This document shows positions 1 through 10,488 of a stretch of 35,217 nucleotides of DNA, in pieces. A program made the translations under genes and the position numbers. The notes under the pieces were generated by a model that worked only from the letters and a program-made list of their open reading frames with translations, did not search any database and was not told the DNA's origin. This DNA comes from Asterionella formosa (lineage: Eukaryota). The DNA is taken from positions 1-35,217 of the forward strand of contig NKIB01000108.1 in the NCBI GenBank assembly GCA_002256025.1. The letters are read 5' to 3'. Each line of letters opens with the position of its first letter. The stretch's first letter is position 1.

Positions 1-461
1 TTGGGAAATCTGCGTGTTTTGGTGAAGAAAACAGGCGAACAAAAGTGACCATCTACAGATTTTAGGTATATTTCAATATATACAATATGAAAGTGTGATT
101 ATGTATGTTTATATGTTATCCATATATGAATTATTTAGAAAAGAGGCATACCAATTGTATAGAGGAGACTTAGTATGTATTTAGATTAAGTTACAGACGA
201 CGTGCAATTTTTCGCCAAAAAGCATATATTTGGAATGAATGTGTACCATTGTATCACAAAAGACGCTCAGCCATCGCTAAAAAGTGAGGATGCTGAATAC
301 CATCAGCATTAGGTCGATACAGCATGAGGCAAGTACTAGGTACTCCCTCCAACCTCCGACTAAAGCTGGACAACCAAAAAAGCGATAGATGTTCTCACAA
401 TCAAGTTGTGGGAACAAGTGCTATTTCACATGCCGACTAAAGGTTATCGTTACTTATTAAA

Positions 462-1148
462 ATGAGACAACAACCATTCCGACTTAGATGCTGGAAACGA
501 GAGGAGGAGTACGATGAAGTGTTTTCAAAGGCTGGCAGCTTTATTGCTTTTGAGCGTGGAAACCCTTTGTGTGCTGAAAATGTCTCGTTGGCTTCCTCAG
601 CTTCGTTTTTTGGATCGATTTCCTCCAACGATGATTTTGTTGAGGGCCGTACCTCTGTGGATCTCTTGGAGTTGTCTATCGCAATGAAAGCCAAGCGTCA
701 ATCGAGGATGAAGAATATTTCTGATCGATCTTTGAGTCTTTCAGTTTCGATCCCAGAGCAATCACCACTTCAGTACTCCAAACGGCCCAATAGGAACAAA
801 TCACCGTTCGGAGTTGGGAGTCGAAACAAAGGATGGCATGTGCCCATTGCTGAAGTCTTTGAAGATGACATGTCCATCGAACCCTCGTTATCCTCCTTTT
901 CTGAAAATGTTCTCTCAATGCAGGTTTCATCGGGGAAAGATATGATGAACAAGAGTTCTAACTCTCTCTTGGGTATCTCAGGTCGTGTCAAGCACCTGAT
1001 CATGAGAAAAAATAAACCATTCTTAGTATTGACCGACGAGAAAGGGCTGCTCATGTCTATCGATGATGATCCTTCTGATCATCCACCTTTGAGGTTTGGT
1101 GTTGAGAGCAGAACTGCTGGTTATTCATTTGGCAGCAATCAATCCTGA
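462..1148 (+). CDS. Hypothetical Ser-rich, low-complexity protein (228 aa)
   Basis: Uninterrupted 228-codon ORF with gene-like composition and short Pro/Arg/Ser motifs (SKRPNRNKSP, PSDHPPLR). No recognisable domain, and the start is uncertain. Confidence 0.45.
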   Translation: MRQQPFRLRCWKREEEYDEVFSKAGSFIAFERGNPLCAENVSLASSASFFGSISSNDDFVEGRTSVDLLELSIAMKAKRQSRMKNISDRSLSLSVSIPEQSPLQYSKRPNRNKSPFGVGSRNKGWHVPIAEVFEDDMSIEPSLSSFSENVLSMQVSSGKDMMNKSSNSLLGISGRVKHLIMRKNKPFLVLTDEKGLLMSIDDDPSDHPPLRFGVESRTAGYSFGSNQS

Positions 1149-2519
1149 TTACTGCACTTTTAATCTATTATACCCTCTGCTATCTACTAGAGGCACTTCT
1201 GGTCCTGATGCATTATTCCCAAAAAAGTTGAACTAGCCTGTTATCTTGAGCAGCTGTGGTATACCTTTTTCATGATGCAAATGGGATCGGGTCTGAGGGG
1301 GGATCACAGTTGCAGTATCTACTAAATAACGCGTATAAGCAACAAATGCTTGCCAACACTATTTGCACCTTGGCTGTAGAAAGAATGTATTTTGCCTTGG
1401 AGTGATTGGTGCAAGAAGTTGAACTGTTCCAGGGAAGGATTGGTATACTTGATAAAAGTTGTACCTCAGATATTGGTGGCAAGCACCAGTGTTTTGCTCA
1501 TATTATCCTGTGTAAGTCTTCTAATTCTCGCTGGACTGCAAATAATATTCCCTGTGGATCAGTTCTGAGCAATCTGGCTCTTGATCATATCTACTCACCT
1601 GGTACCACTACTTTGTTTAAGCCCTTAGTATATCAAGGCTATAGTGTGTGCCATGTTTGTTGAAAAGAAACTGGTACCTACTGGATCAGGTAACAAAAGG
1701 GAAATAGATATGGAGCTCCAGATACCTGTTATACGCATATGAGGGAATTGTGATGTGCTACCACTTGAATAATCGAAAGGCGTAACTCGAGGTTTATGCA
1801 TTAAAAAATGCGCTCTAAAATAGAATGCTTTCTTGTTGATTATACTTGTGAGCTAATTTAAAGATAAGCAATGACTACAAGGACGACCATTACTCCAATG
1901 GAACATTGTGTATCATTATAGTCCATCACATCGGGCAAGACCTTGCTTGCTTGATGAATGCATATATGTTTCCATTTTCCAGCAAACTGTGGGTGAACCG
2001 CTTGAAGGCCAAAGAAATGAAATGAAACTACAAAGAGTCAACCATTTGGAGCGGTATTGTGTTGGATTTGCATACAATTATGTTTATTCATACTTCCTGT
2101 ACATGGTTTACCGGCGTGCACAATACATACCGGGATGTCATACATACTAAATATAACTAATACGTGGGGAGTAAAGTACAGTGAGCATTCAGCTGCCGGT
2201 ACCTAGTACTGGTAGTCTAGCGGTAATTGTATAAGTATATGTACATATCCTGGTATGTATACCGGTGGTCTAAAAGGCTACCAACCACCATTCATAAAAT
2301 GGCTGTGCTGCAGGTAGGTACTTGTACCGGTACCCCTCTCGAGTCCTCATCACTAAATTTTCTTTGTGTTAGGGGTAATAGAGGCGGAACGGTATCGGTA
2401 CCGGTAGTCCTTTTCAGCCTCTTCCGGGTTCGTAAATATTTCAGAACGGTTCTTGTTTGATGGCGGTGATTGAACTTTCTGTTATTTTGAAATCTACACT
2501 TTGCTTGTTGCTGCTACCC

Positions 2520-2602
2520 GCAAGTTGCGTAGCTGAAACTAAATATGTACCTATCTTTATCCCGAATTAAAATGTCTTTTAAGCAAAATGACCGCAACTT
2601 GC
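2520..2602. mobile_element. MITE copy 1 (~83 bp, left TIR partly deleted)
   Basis: GCAAGTTGCG...GCAAAATGACCGCAACTTGC termini. The interior (GCTGAAACTAAA, CTATCTTTATCCC, TTAAAATG) matches the copies at 17128, 17232 and 30330. Confidence 0.75.
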
Positions 2603-3083
2603 CGGTATTTTCGATACAAATACACGCTGGTCGCTTCCGCCGCCTCTCCTCAGGTTTCCTTCAAGAAAAGAATTCTTCACATGGTCAACTAGAAAGAAAG
2701 AAAAATGTTTTATACGTGACTGTTAGATGTATATGACACCTACCAAATGGCTGTTAGTATTTCAGTAGAAATCAACGACAAACTCTTACGATTCACCCAC
2801 GGTAGGTGCGGTACCTGGTGTACCTGGTACCAGGTACCGTATTTACACTCCTCACCCTTCTTCGAATTTGCCTCCTTTGCTCGTCCGTCGAACTCGCTCT
2901 CCCTTCTCGAGTACCGGTATAGCCGCGCACGCTGGCACGTAGTTTAGAATTATGTAACGGCAATCGAGCCAAATCGTTCTGCTCTGGAAAGGTCTATCGT
3001 TCTATTGTGTGGTCCATAGACATCTATTTCTTTTGGTTGGGTCTTCTTGCAACTCTCCCTCGCACCCTTGCTATATATTTACC

Positions 3084-3514
3084 ATGCTGGAGGTCCCGCT
3101 TACCATGGTTGCATGGATGAGCGTTGTCTTATTTCAAGCGATTGTTCACTTTGGACTAATTGGACCACGCCGTATGAGGCGTACAGAATCGTTTTCACTA
3201 CCGGTAGACGGCTCGACAGAAGATGAGACAGCTCATTTACTAGATGGTAACGGTCTTCTAGCACACAATGAATCGGAAGAAGATGATGAACCCGAGAACT
3301 TTCGGCGACTGCTCTCTCAAACAGGTTCCGAGCTTGTCAATGTAAGTCCTAGGGAGTATTCCCTTAGTGGAAAGCCACTACAGAACAGCGTGACAGTTTT
3401 GTCATTTTTTCTACTGTGATTCTGACACCTCCTCCATCCAACGTCGACCAATAGGATTGTCAATCGGAAGGATTTATTGAACGACGAGCAAAGGAACAAC
3501 TGCGAGCGAAATGA
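3084..3514 (+). CDS. Small putative single-pass membrane protein (~105 aa); exons 3084-3341 and 3455-3514
   Basis: ACCATG start, hydrophobic N-terminus (VPLTMVAWMSVVLFQAIVHFGLI), acidic middle. GTAAGT donor at 3342, CTGAC branch-like motif, AG acceptor at 3454. Splicing gives an in-frame DCQSEGFIERRAKEQLRAK*. Confidence 0.6.
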
Positions 3515-3868
3515 AGCCTCCTTGGATGCAGGCATTGCTCTGTAATGTCATGTGACTAATGGTTGGTTGTCTTTTCCCCAGACAACTCTTTATTTGTTAT
3601 GTACTCCTATATGTTGCTATTTCCGATTAATGACAGCATTCACTACATCGGACGCACAAGCGCTACATGCTCAGTTGACACACCGAAACCAATTACGCAG
3701 CTTGAGGAAACTGAGCCCAGTATGTTTATGAGAGAATATATGTGATACCGCCCTTGGGTATGCTAGCCTTTGGCACTACAAAGATTGCTATGCACAACGT
3801 GACTGCATGACCGCGACGCCTAATGGAATGCGCATCAATTCCTGTAATATTAGAACCCATTTAGGATA

Positions 3869-4731
3869 TCATCTTGTTACTCTGTAAATGACAGCTCTAA
3901 CTATATCTCCTTTGGGGCAGTCAGCAACGTCCATGGTCTCAGTCATGTGAGATTGGACTTGAAAACCACAGTCCTTGGCAGCTTGAACAACAACAGAATG
4001 AGTAACGGTAGATCTCGGAACATGACAAAGCCACAAGACGCCAGTTTCGCTCAAAAGAGTGTCCACTGTTTCAAAAAAAATCTTCGGAAGATTCGTTTTA
4101 TACATGACATCGCCTGCAACAATAATATCAAACGTTACATTGTCCGCGAACTCGATTGGCCATGATTGTTGACACCACTCTCGAAATGCGGCAATCTCTT
4201 CACTCCACCATAGAAACTTGGACTTGGCTACACTGGAGTCAATACAATTGAAGGGATTTTGAACGTTTTCCGCCAACAAAGCCATGGCTTGGTCGTCGCC
4301 ATCCGTCAGTGCGACGCAGGCTGGAGGCCCAAGTTTTGAGGCTAGCATGCCAACTAGGCCAGTTCCACTACCGAGTTCCAGAATTCTGTAAGTCGAGATA
4401 TGTTACTAAGATGTCGCTGAAACATACAAGTCTAGGTATAGGACTGTATCCGATATTATTTGACTGGAACTTTGCACGTACGAAAAGCATAACTTTCTCA
4501 CCTCTTGCTGCGAAAGTAACTCATATCATCGCGATGCACCTTCACTAGTATATGAGCTAGAAGCAGTGACCCACACCAAACTTGACGACCACTTATTTCT
4601 TGTTGACTTGAGTGCAAGGTCGACATGAATTCGATTGGCGGCGGAACCACAGCCAAGACTTCCAGTTCGTACTCCCCGGCCACTGTAAACCGCTCCGGTT
4701 CATACTCTGGTTCGTATTCCTCGTCCGACAT
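3869..4731 (-). CDS. Seven-beta-strand protein-lysine methyltransferase, METTL21/Methyltransf_16 family; exons 4731-4502 and 4385-3869
   Basis: SGRQVWCGS pre-motif. Splicing the GT(4501)-AG(4386) intron restores motif I, ILELGSGTG. Also LTD post-I and DIIVAGDVMY (DxxY) motifs. Confidence 0.85.
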
Positions 4732-4824
4732 GGCGGCTATCTAATAGTGTGCTATTTCCTTTCACTGATGGCTGGGCGAGGTTCAATATACGTGGCTGCA
4801 CTTGAACTTGTTGAGAATCTCAAT

Positions 4825-4866
4825 ATCATCAATATCATCATCATCATCATCATCATCATGATCATG
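4825..4866. repeat. (ATC)n microsatellite in the short divergent intergenic region
   Basis: Eight perfect ATC units at 4834-4857 with degenerate flanks. It lies between the head-to-head methyltransferase and TRM6 starts, about 325 bp apart. Confidence 0.9.
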
Positions 4867-5056
4867 GTGATTTCAATTGATAGTTGATGACAATTTACCG
4901 TAATGGCGGCATTTTGTGTCACTTGCGGTCCACCCATTTTTCTGAATCCAACGACGCCAAATCGTCGTCACGCCAAAAAAATGATGCTGCAATTTGCAAG
5001 CTGCAAACTCTAGCACCCCCGCCCCCGTTCTTTGCCAGAAACCCACTCGAGGAAGC

Positions 5057-6634
5057 ATGAGTGTGGCTACTACTGAACAAAGTACGAATGGAGGAGTAGC
5101 AATGCCAGAGACTAGGGATATATATAGCAACGACCGACCTGCCGATGATCCACTTCTGACGGAGCCATCACAGTTGGTACGTGAGGGCGACTGGGTCATC
5201 CTTGCATTTGCTGATGGTCGTAGAATCTTTGCTCAATGTCTCAGAAATCCCCGAGGCAAGTCACCCTCTGTCAGAATTCAAAAACGATGTTACCCTACAC
5301 ACAACATAATTGGCTTGTCCTACGGGACTGTACTCGAGCAAGGCAAGTCAAAACTAATACCACTCGGACATGAGGAGGACCTAATGCCAGAGCTACCTAC
5401 CCCATTTTCTGCCGAAGAGCAAGATACAACACCAACGTCCATAGCTTTGGTTCAAACCAACGACAATCGACACTTGGTCGATACCAACTCGTCGCAATCT
5501 ATGAACCAAGACGCCATTTCCAAGTTGCGATCAGAAGGGACGGAAGGATCAGCCATTGTTGCTGCCTTGATTGAGAATTCAGCGACATTCGATCAAAAAA
5601 CAGAGTTTAGCAAGGCTAAGTATATTGCTCGAAAGCAAAAAAAGTACCAACCGCGTTGTCGTGTGGAGAGGTGTACTGGGTTGACCATTTGTGAAGCTCT
5701 GTATATCAAAGATGCAAAGAAGATTATGAATCTGCGAGAAGATACTCTTGGGCAGATCTTGTCATATGCGAATGTATCTGCTGGTTGTCAGGCTCTGGTA
5801 TTTGAGACTTGTTTGGGGATTATAACGGGAGCGTTGGCCCAACGAATGGGAGGGTACGGGAAGATTTTGTCGGTCTACACTGGACAACAGCCAGCTTGGA
5901 TAGATCAACTCGATCGTTTCAATTTATCTTTTACCGAACAGCATTCCATAAAATGGGTACATGGCGAAGACGTATTTGGTACAGAAAAAGATAAAGAAGT
6001 TGCGGACGACGATCCAGAAGCAACCGACAGAGATTTGCTTGAATGGCCTTGTCCACTACAAGATCATACTCGTAGTTTCTTAGACAAAGTCACAGATCCA
6101 CTTGAAATCAAGGAACTTTTGGCGAAACGATGTGATAGGTTCGCAAGAAAGTTAACTCGAACATCCCCAGGAGAAGCCAAAGCCATGTTGAACAAGAGGC
6201 CTTCTGACTGTGTCATTATCGCTTCAAAAAGTGACCCAACAGAAACATTGCTTGGCATGATGCCATTCCTTGGTACATCTTGCCCTTTCGTTGTATTTTG
6301 TGAATTTATGGAACCTCTATCAGAATGTTTTATGGAGCTTCAGAAGCAAAATCTAGCTATCAACCTTCGACTCAGTGATACTTGGTTCCGAGAATATCAA
6401 GTGTTGCCTGGAAGGACTCATCCAAACATGACTATGAGCCAGAACGGCGGTTTCATTCTCACTGGAATAAAACTAGATCCTGTTCTCGGTGTAAATGATA
6501 TGGACGAAGATGAGAGAAAAAAAATCCGTGATCAGATGGGAGGCAGACGCGGAAAGAGTAAGTCTCAACGAAAGAATGAGAAACAGTCTGAGGAAGGTGA
6601 TCGTGGACGAAATAAGAAAGCGCGGATAGAGTAG
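5057..6634 (+). CDS. TRM6: tRNA (adenine-58-N1)-methyltransferase non-catalytic subunit TRM6/Gcd10
   Basis: Diagnostic motifs DNRHLVDTNSSQ, LIENSATFDQKTEFSKAKY..RKQKKY, LREDTLGQILSYANV and WFREYQVLPGRTHPNM. Single exon, first ATG at 5057. Confidence 0.93.
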   Translation: MSVATTEQSTNGGVAMPETRDIYSNDRPADDPLLTEPSQLVREGDWVILAFADGRRIFAQCLRNPRGKSPSVRIQKRCYPTHNIIGLSYGTVLEQGKSKLIPLGHEEDLMPELPTPFSAEEQDTTPTSIALVQTNDNRHLVDTNSSQSMNQDAISKLRSEGTEGSAIVAALIENSATFDQKTEFSKAKYIARKQKKYQPRCRVERCTGLTICEALYIKDAKKIMNLREDTLGQILSYANVSAGCQALVFETCLGIITGALAQRMGGYGKILSVYTGQQPAWIDQLDRFNLSFTEQHSIKWVHGEDVFGTEKDKEVADDDPEATDRDLLEWPCPLQDHTRSFLDKVTDPLEIKELLAKRCDRFARKLTRTSPGEAKAMLNKRPSDCVIIASKSDPTETLLGMMPFLGTSCPFVVFCEFMEPLSECFMELQKQNLAINLRLSDTWFREYQVLPGRTHPNMTMSQNGGFILTGIKLDPVLGVNDMDEDERKKIRDQMGGRRGKSKSQRKNEKQSEEGDRGRNKKARIE

Positions 6635-6833
6635 GTCCTAATCAAACTATTAATTGAATGACATTGGGCAACATGTCTTTCCACGTTTGAACTTGAGAAA
6701 CATTGCTCACTCTGTTTCATGTACTTGAACATGAAAGGACTGATGCTAGGCTTTTGATAGATGATCATCTTTGATGCATATAGAAAATGACGAATGAAAA
6801 TATATATTGCACTTACTATGGCTGTGATTACCA

Positions 6834-7052
6834 GGGGAATAGCTTAGTTGGTTAGCTCACCTTCCGAGGTGGCGGGTTCGATTCCCGCATTCTCCACCTG
6901 CTTTGTTTATGTAGTCCCTTGGGTTCCGGGTGGTGAGGAAGACGACAAGCAGGTCTAAGGCCCTCTGGGGGACCAAGTGCGACTTCCCAACCTCCACAAT
7001 TGTCGAGTTCTTTAATAATAGCGTACTATAAAATTTACTTAATGATTTATTA
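6834..7052 (+). mobile_element. tRNA-Ala-derived SINE (~219 bp) with 11-bp TSD
   Basis: Head 6834-6896 has a GGGGAAT/ATTCTCC acceptor stem, A box TAGCTTAGTTGG, T arm GCGGG-TTCGATT-CCCGC (B box) and a shortened anticodon arm. It is followed by a GC-rich body and an AT-rich tail. TGTGATTACCA is repeated directly at 6823-6833 and 7053-7063. Confidence 0.8.
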
Positions 7053-7149
7053 TGTGATTACCAAGGCCAGTAGGTCCTATACAATATAAGCTTGTAACAA
7101 ACACATTGTAAGGCATGACTGTTCCTTGTGGTGTGGAACATCTAATCGA

Positions 7150-8370
7150 GCTGGAGCTGCATCACATTAATGGGATGTGAATGTGACCTGGGCTGGGCTG
7201 GAAAGAATAGGGGCTTATTTAAAGAAATTTCGAAGCAAACGACAAAGAGGCACATACAAATGCTTTGTGTCTCAGTGAATAGTATCTTAAAGGGTAAAGA
7301 AAATTCGAATGTATCTAAGGGCCAATATAGCCAATAATCAGCGCCCTCGTATATTGTGGAGGACCACAATGGTACACTGAACATCCTCCTAGAAGTATTC
7401 TTGTTGTCAAAGCCTTTTAATGAGACACAAGGCATAGTTAGATTGGCACCTATAAGTTCCAAACTACAGGGCCTGGCACTAGTTTACATGCTTGCTTATG
7501 CAGCACCCTTTCACTGGATATTATGTATTTCATGTTGCTTTCTGCACTCCAAGGAAGGCATCTTTTGTCAGGTTATTATTTCTTTCAGTTCTTGGTCATT
7601 GAAACTCAGACTATAGATTTGATAACTCTTAATGGGACCACCATTTGGAAACAGCTATAATAGTAGAATCATCATCACAGATGATTGAAGAGTAGATAGT
7701 ATTGTACTTAGTAACTGCATCAATCATCATTTCCACTCCAGCATCTGTTTCCATTGCCTTTGAACTACCAGTTATGTGATTCTTGGGGCAAAGATGCTCC
7801 TTGATTGTTTTCTTGTACTGGGTAGCTCTGAAGCACATACTACAGACCTTAGATTTCATTCAAGACAAGTCTATTACCTTTCTGTGTACTAGCCAACAAT
7901 AAAAGATCATGTGCACATACAGAGCTGTACTTATAACTCTTCCATAGCAAGGGCTGTTGTTTCTAGTTGTTCCTTTCCAAGAAGCTCCTCAACAACACAG
8001 ACATTTCTTGGGTTGACCTATACCCAACTGGAATCAGTAAGTTCATTACAGAACAAATGATTTCTGCATTGCCAGATCCCATTTCTGCTTTGTGACCACC
8101 CAAAATCAACTGTTTGTTGATTGAATAGTATTTTGCTTCTATTTCCACATTTTTATCTCACCGTTGTTTTTGGTGTTCTTGTTTCTTGCAGATTCGAGTT
8201 TAGCAATCATTTTCTGACAGCTCAAACAGCAGATTTTTATCTCGCTAGCAAACCTGAAGTTCTCCAAGGACAGAACAATAAACAGTTCTGGTATACATGG
8301 GATTGCGGTGTCTAGCATTGCCTGTTCCAAAAAGGATGCCCTACGGTTGTCAGCATTTAACAAGTAGGTT
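7150..8370 (-). pseudogene. Decayed Mutator-like (MULE/Phantom-type) transposase fragments
   Basis: The ORF piece 7629-7859 reads KVCSMC...HLCPKNH.GSSKAMETD...IICDDDST, the CxxC..HxC.KN..GSSKAME..DDDST signature of Mutator-like transposases. Neighbouring pieces are broken by stops and frameshifts and the region is CpG-poor. Boundaries are approximate. Confidence 0.7.
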
Positions 8371-9888
8371 CTGGGTAATTATGAGCTTAATGATTAGTGT
8401 ATCTATATTAGCTCATAGTTAAGGGGACTCACAAGGGCCTTAATGAGAAGGGTACATACTAGGCGTCAAGAGTCCATATTACTAGGTGTCATGTTAGCCT
8501 AGCATTGTTACGTGTGTCTATTCTAGTGGTACATATATACCAATAGTTATCACGTAGCATGTATAGCTGCGGGTACATAATGCAATATGTACTACGAGCT
8601 AGTATATAGCATCACGAACTAATCATGATCAATCCCGTGTACATGTATATGTACTACATATGGGTACCAGGTACCATCGTAGTCATGTGCGCAATATGAA
8701 AGGGTACACCTTTCATTAGGGTTGACGTGGTATACATACACAGTTTGTACTGTGTAAATCTCTACGGTGAGAGTAAACAAGTATATGGTCTGTATAGAGG
8801 AGCCTATAAGCAAGGTTAACATTATATAGGACTTATACCATCTAATATAGTATATCTAGCGCGGTACATACTGTACCATAGGTCAAAGGATTCACATTTC
8901 TGTTCTGTGCTAATGAGATAGTAGGCACTATTGCTGTTAAGGTAAGTTACAAAGTCATGAACAGTTTTTTTAATATTCATTGGCAAAGTATGTATTAAAA
9001 AACTCTTGCAGAACCTATCTTCATTTGCTCAGCAACTTGGCAAATTCTTTACAGTCAAGAAAGTGGGTCCTGCTTTGTTGTGCAGGTGGTGGTGGTTGCT
9101 GTTTTTGTTCTTCTTCTTCTTATCCCTTCACTTCTGACTCTACCATTAACCAATCTTGACATGTTGGACATGTATCATGACTGTAGTTGAATTGGCCTTT
9201 GCCATTGTCATCATGATGTGTAATATCTGTCAAATATCGCTCATGCTTGATTGTTGCGATTTTAGGTTATTTAGCTACTGGTTGAGTGATCGAACTGGTA
9301 AACAGTAAAAAAGTATACCGTAGACCGCCCATTACCTGGTACCTGGTAAGAGGCACCTGGTAAATTGTATCGTAGACTAACTAACAATACCACCAGCATA
9401 TTTGCTAATACCGGTACGTTGCATCCATGTAAAATCTATTCCGAGTAGCTATGCATGTACCGTATGCAGCTGGTGACGATGGATATATATTGTTTTACGT
9501 ACGTGCAAGGACTCAAGATTGCTGTCATCTCAGAGTAGCCCCCTGAGAATGAAGAGACTATAGCTATTCGTGCCTCGTATAGATGGATGTAACAATCACA
9601 TGAATTATGTTATCTAAAACCACAGGGTGTATACAAACAATCTTTTCTGGTCTCATTTCGCATCATACCGATATTTCCGGTACCAGTACCAGGGGTCCCA
9701 GTTGAGTACTGGCATATGTGGTACGAATACCGTATAACAACAGTATCATCAATTTATCTTACCTCAACAAAAACTCATCTCAGAAATTTGCTTTTCTTGT
9801 TGCCATCGTCCCCACTAGCACGAGACCGACGAGCGAATATATAGCACCTCCGTAAGAATATCTTGCACCAGCAATTTAAGATTTGACG

Positions 9889-10453
9889 ATGAAGGTTTCC
9901 ATCCTCCTCTGTTTTGTTTCCCTTTCTCCCTTTCTTTTCGCTTCGGCTTTCGTCAGCTCGAATTCTCGTCCCACGTTGGCGCCACAGACGTCGACGTCGC
10001 TATTTATTGGTGGACCAATCAACAAGTTGACACGAGGAAAAGACTACGAGAAGACAGTTGAGGGATTGATGAAGACCAAGGGGTACTCTCGTGAAAAAGC
10101 CGAGAAAGAATATAGCAGCTATCTCGATGACCCCAACAATTACGCCCTCCAGAAGGTAAGTGTTTCCAATCAACTGCATATTTCCATGGCGAGGCGTTAC
10201 TAAACCTTTGGACGAAACTCAGGGTGAAGAGTATTACAAGGGTCTGGGATATAAGAGTTTGATGGATGGTGTTGTCGGAGAAGCTGAAAAGAACGGAAGG
10301 GGCGAGGAAGTCAAGGCTCGTATTGCTGATTTCAAGAAGAAAAGTCAAATGAAGGCTTTTAGTGTAATTTCTGTCGCCTTGACCGCGCTTGTCTATTCTA
10401 AGGTCACTTTCGATATGGACCCAGCCAACCATATTGGAAATCTCCCAATGTAA
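9889..10453 (+). CDS. Plastid-targeted protein of unknown function (~165 aa) with C-terminal hydrophobic helix; exons 9889-10155 and 10223-10453
   Basis: Signal peptide ending in ASA|F followed by a Ser/Thr/Pro-rich transit peptide (diatom bipartite presequence). A GTAAGT...CAG phase-0 intron joins YALQK to GEEYYKG. Confidence 0.85.
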
Positions 10454-10488
10454 AGTTATTTGGGTTCTATATTTGTAGTTTTTCAGAT

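Noticed and set aside
430..465. Short upstream ORF (MPTKGYRYLLK*) whose stop overlaps the ATG at 462
   Set aside because: It could be a uORF, a frameshift in the A run, or chance. This cannot be resolved without homologues or transcripts.
4752..4937. Poly-Met and poly-Ile ORFs
   Set aside because: They are translations of the (ATC)n microsatellite in a divergent promoter region.
6834..6896. Functional tRNA gene
   Set aside because: It is only ~63 nt, lacks the position-8 T, and has a 4-nt loop instead of a 7-nt anticodon loop. It sits inside a TSD-flanked unit, so a SINE head is the better explanation.
5057..7052. Functional link between TRM6 and the adjacent tRNA-derived element
   Set aside because: The TSD indicates a retroposition event, and nothing in the sequence supports more than coincidental adjacency.
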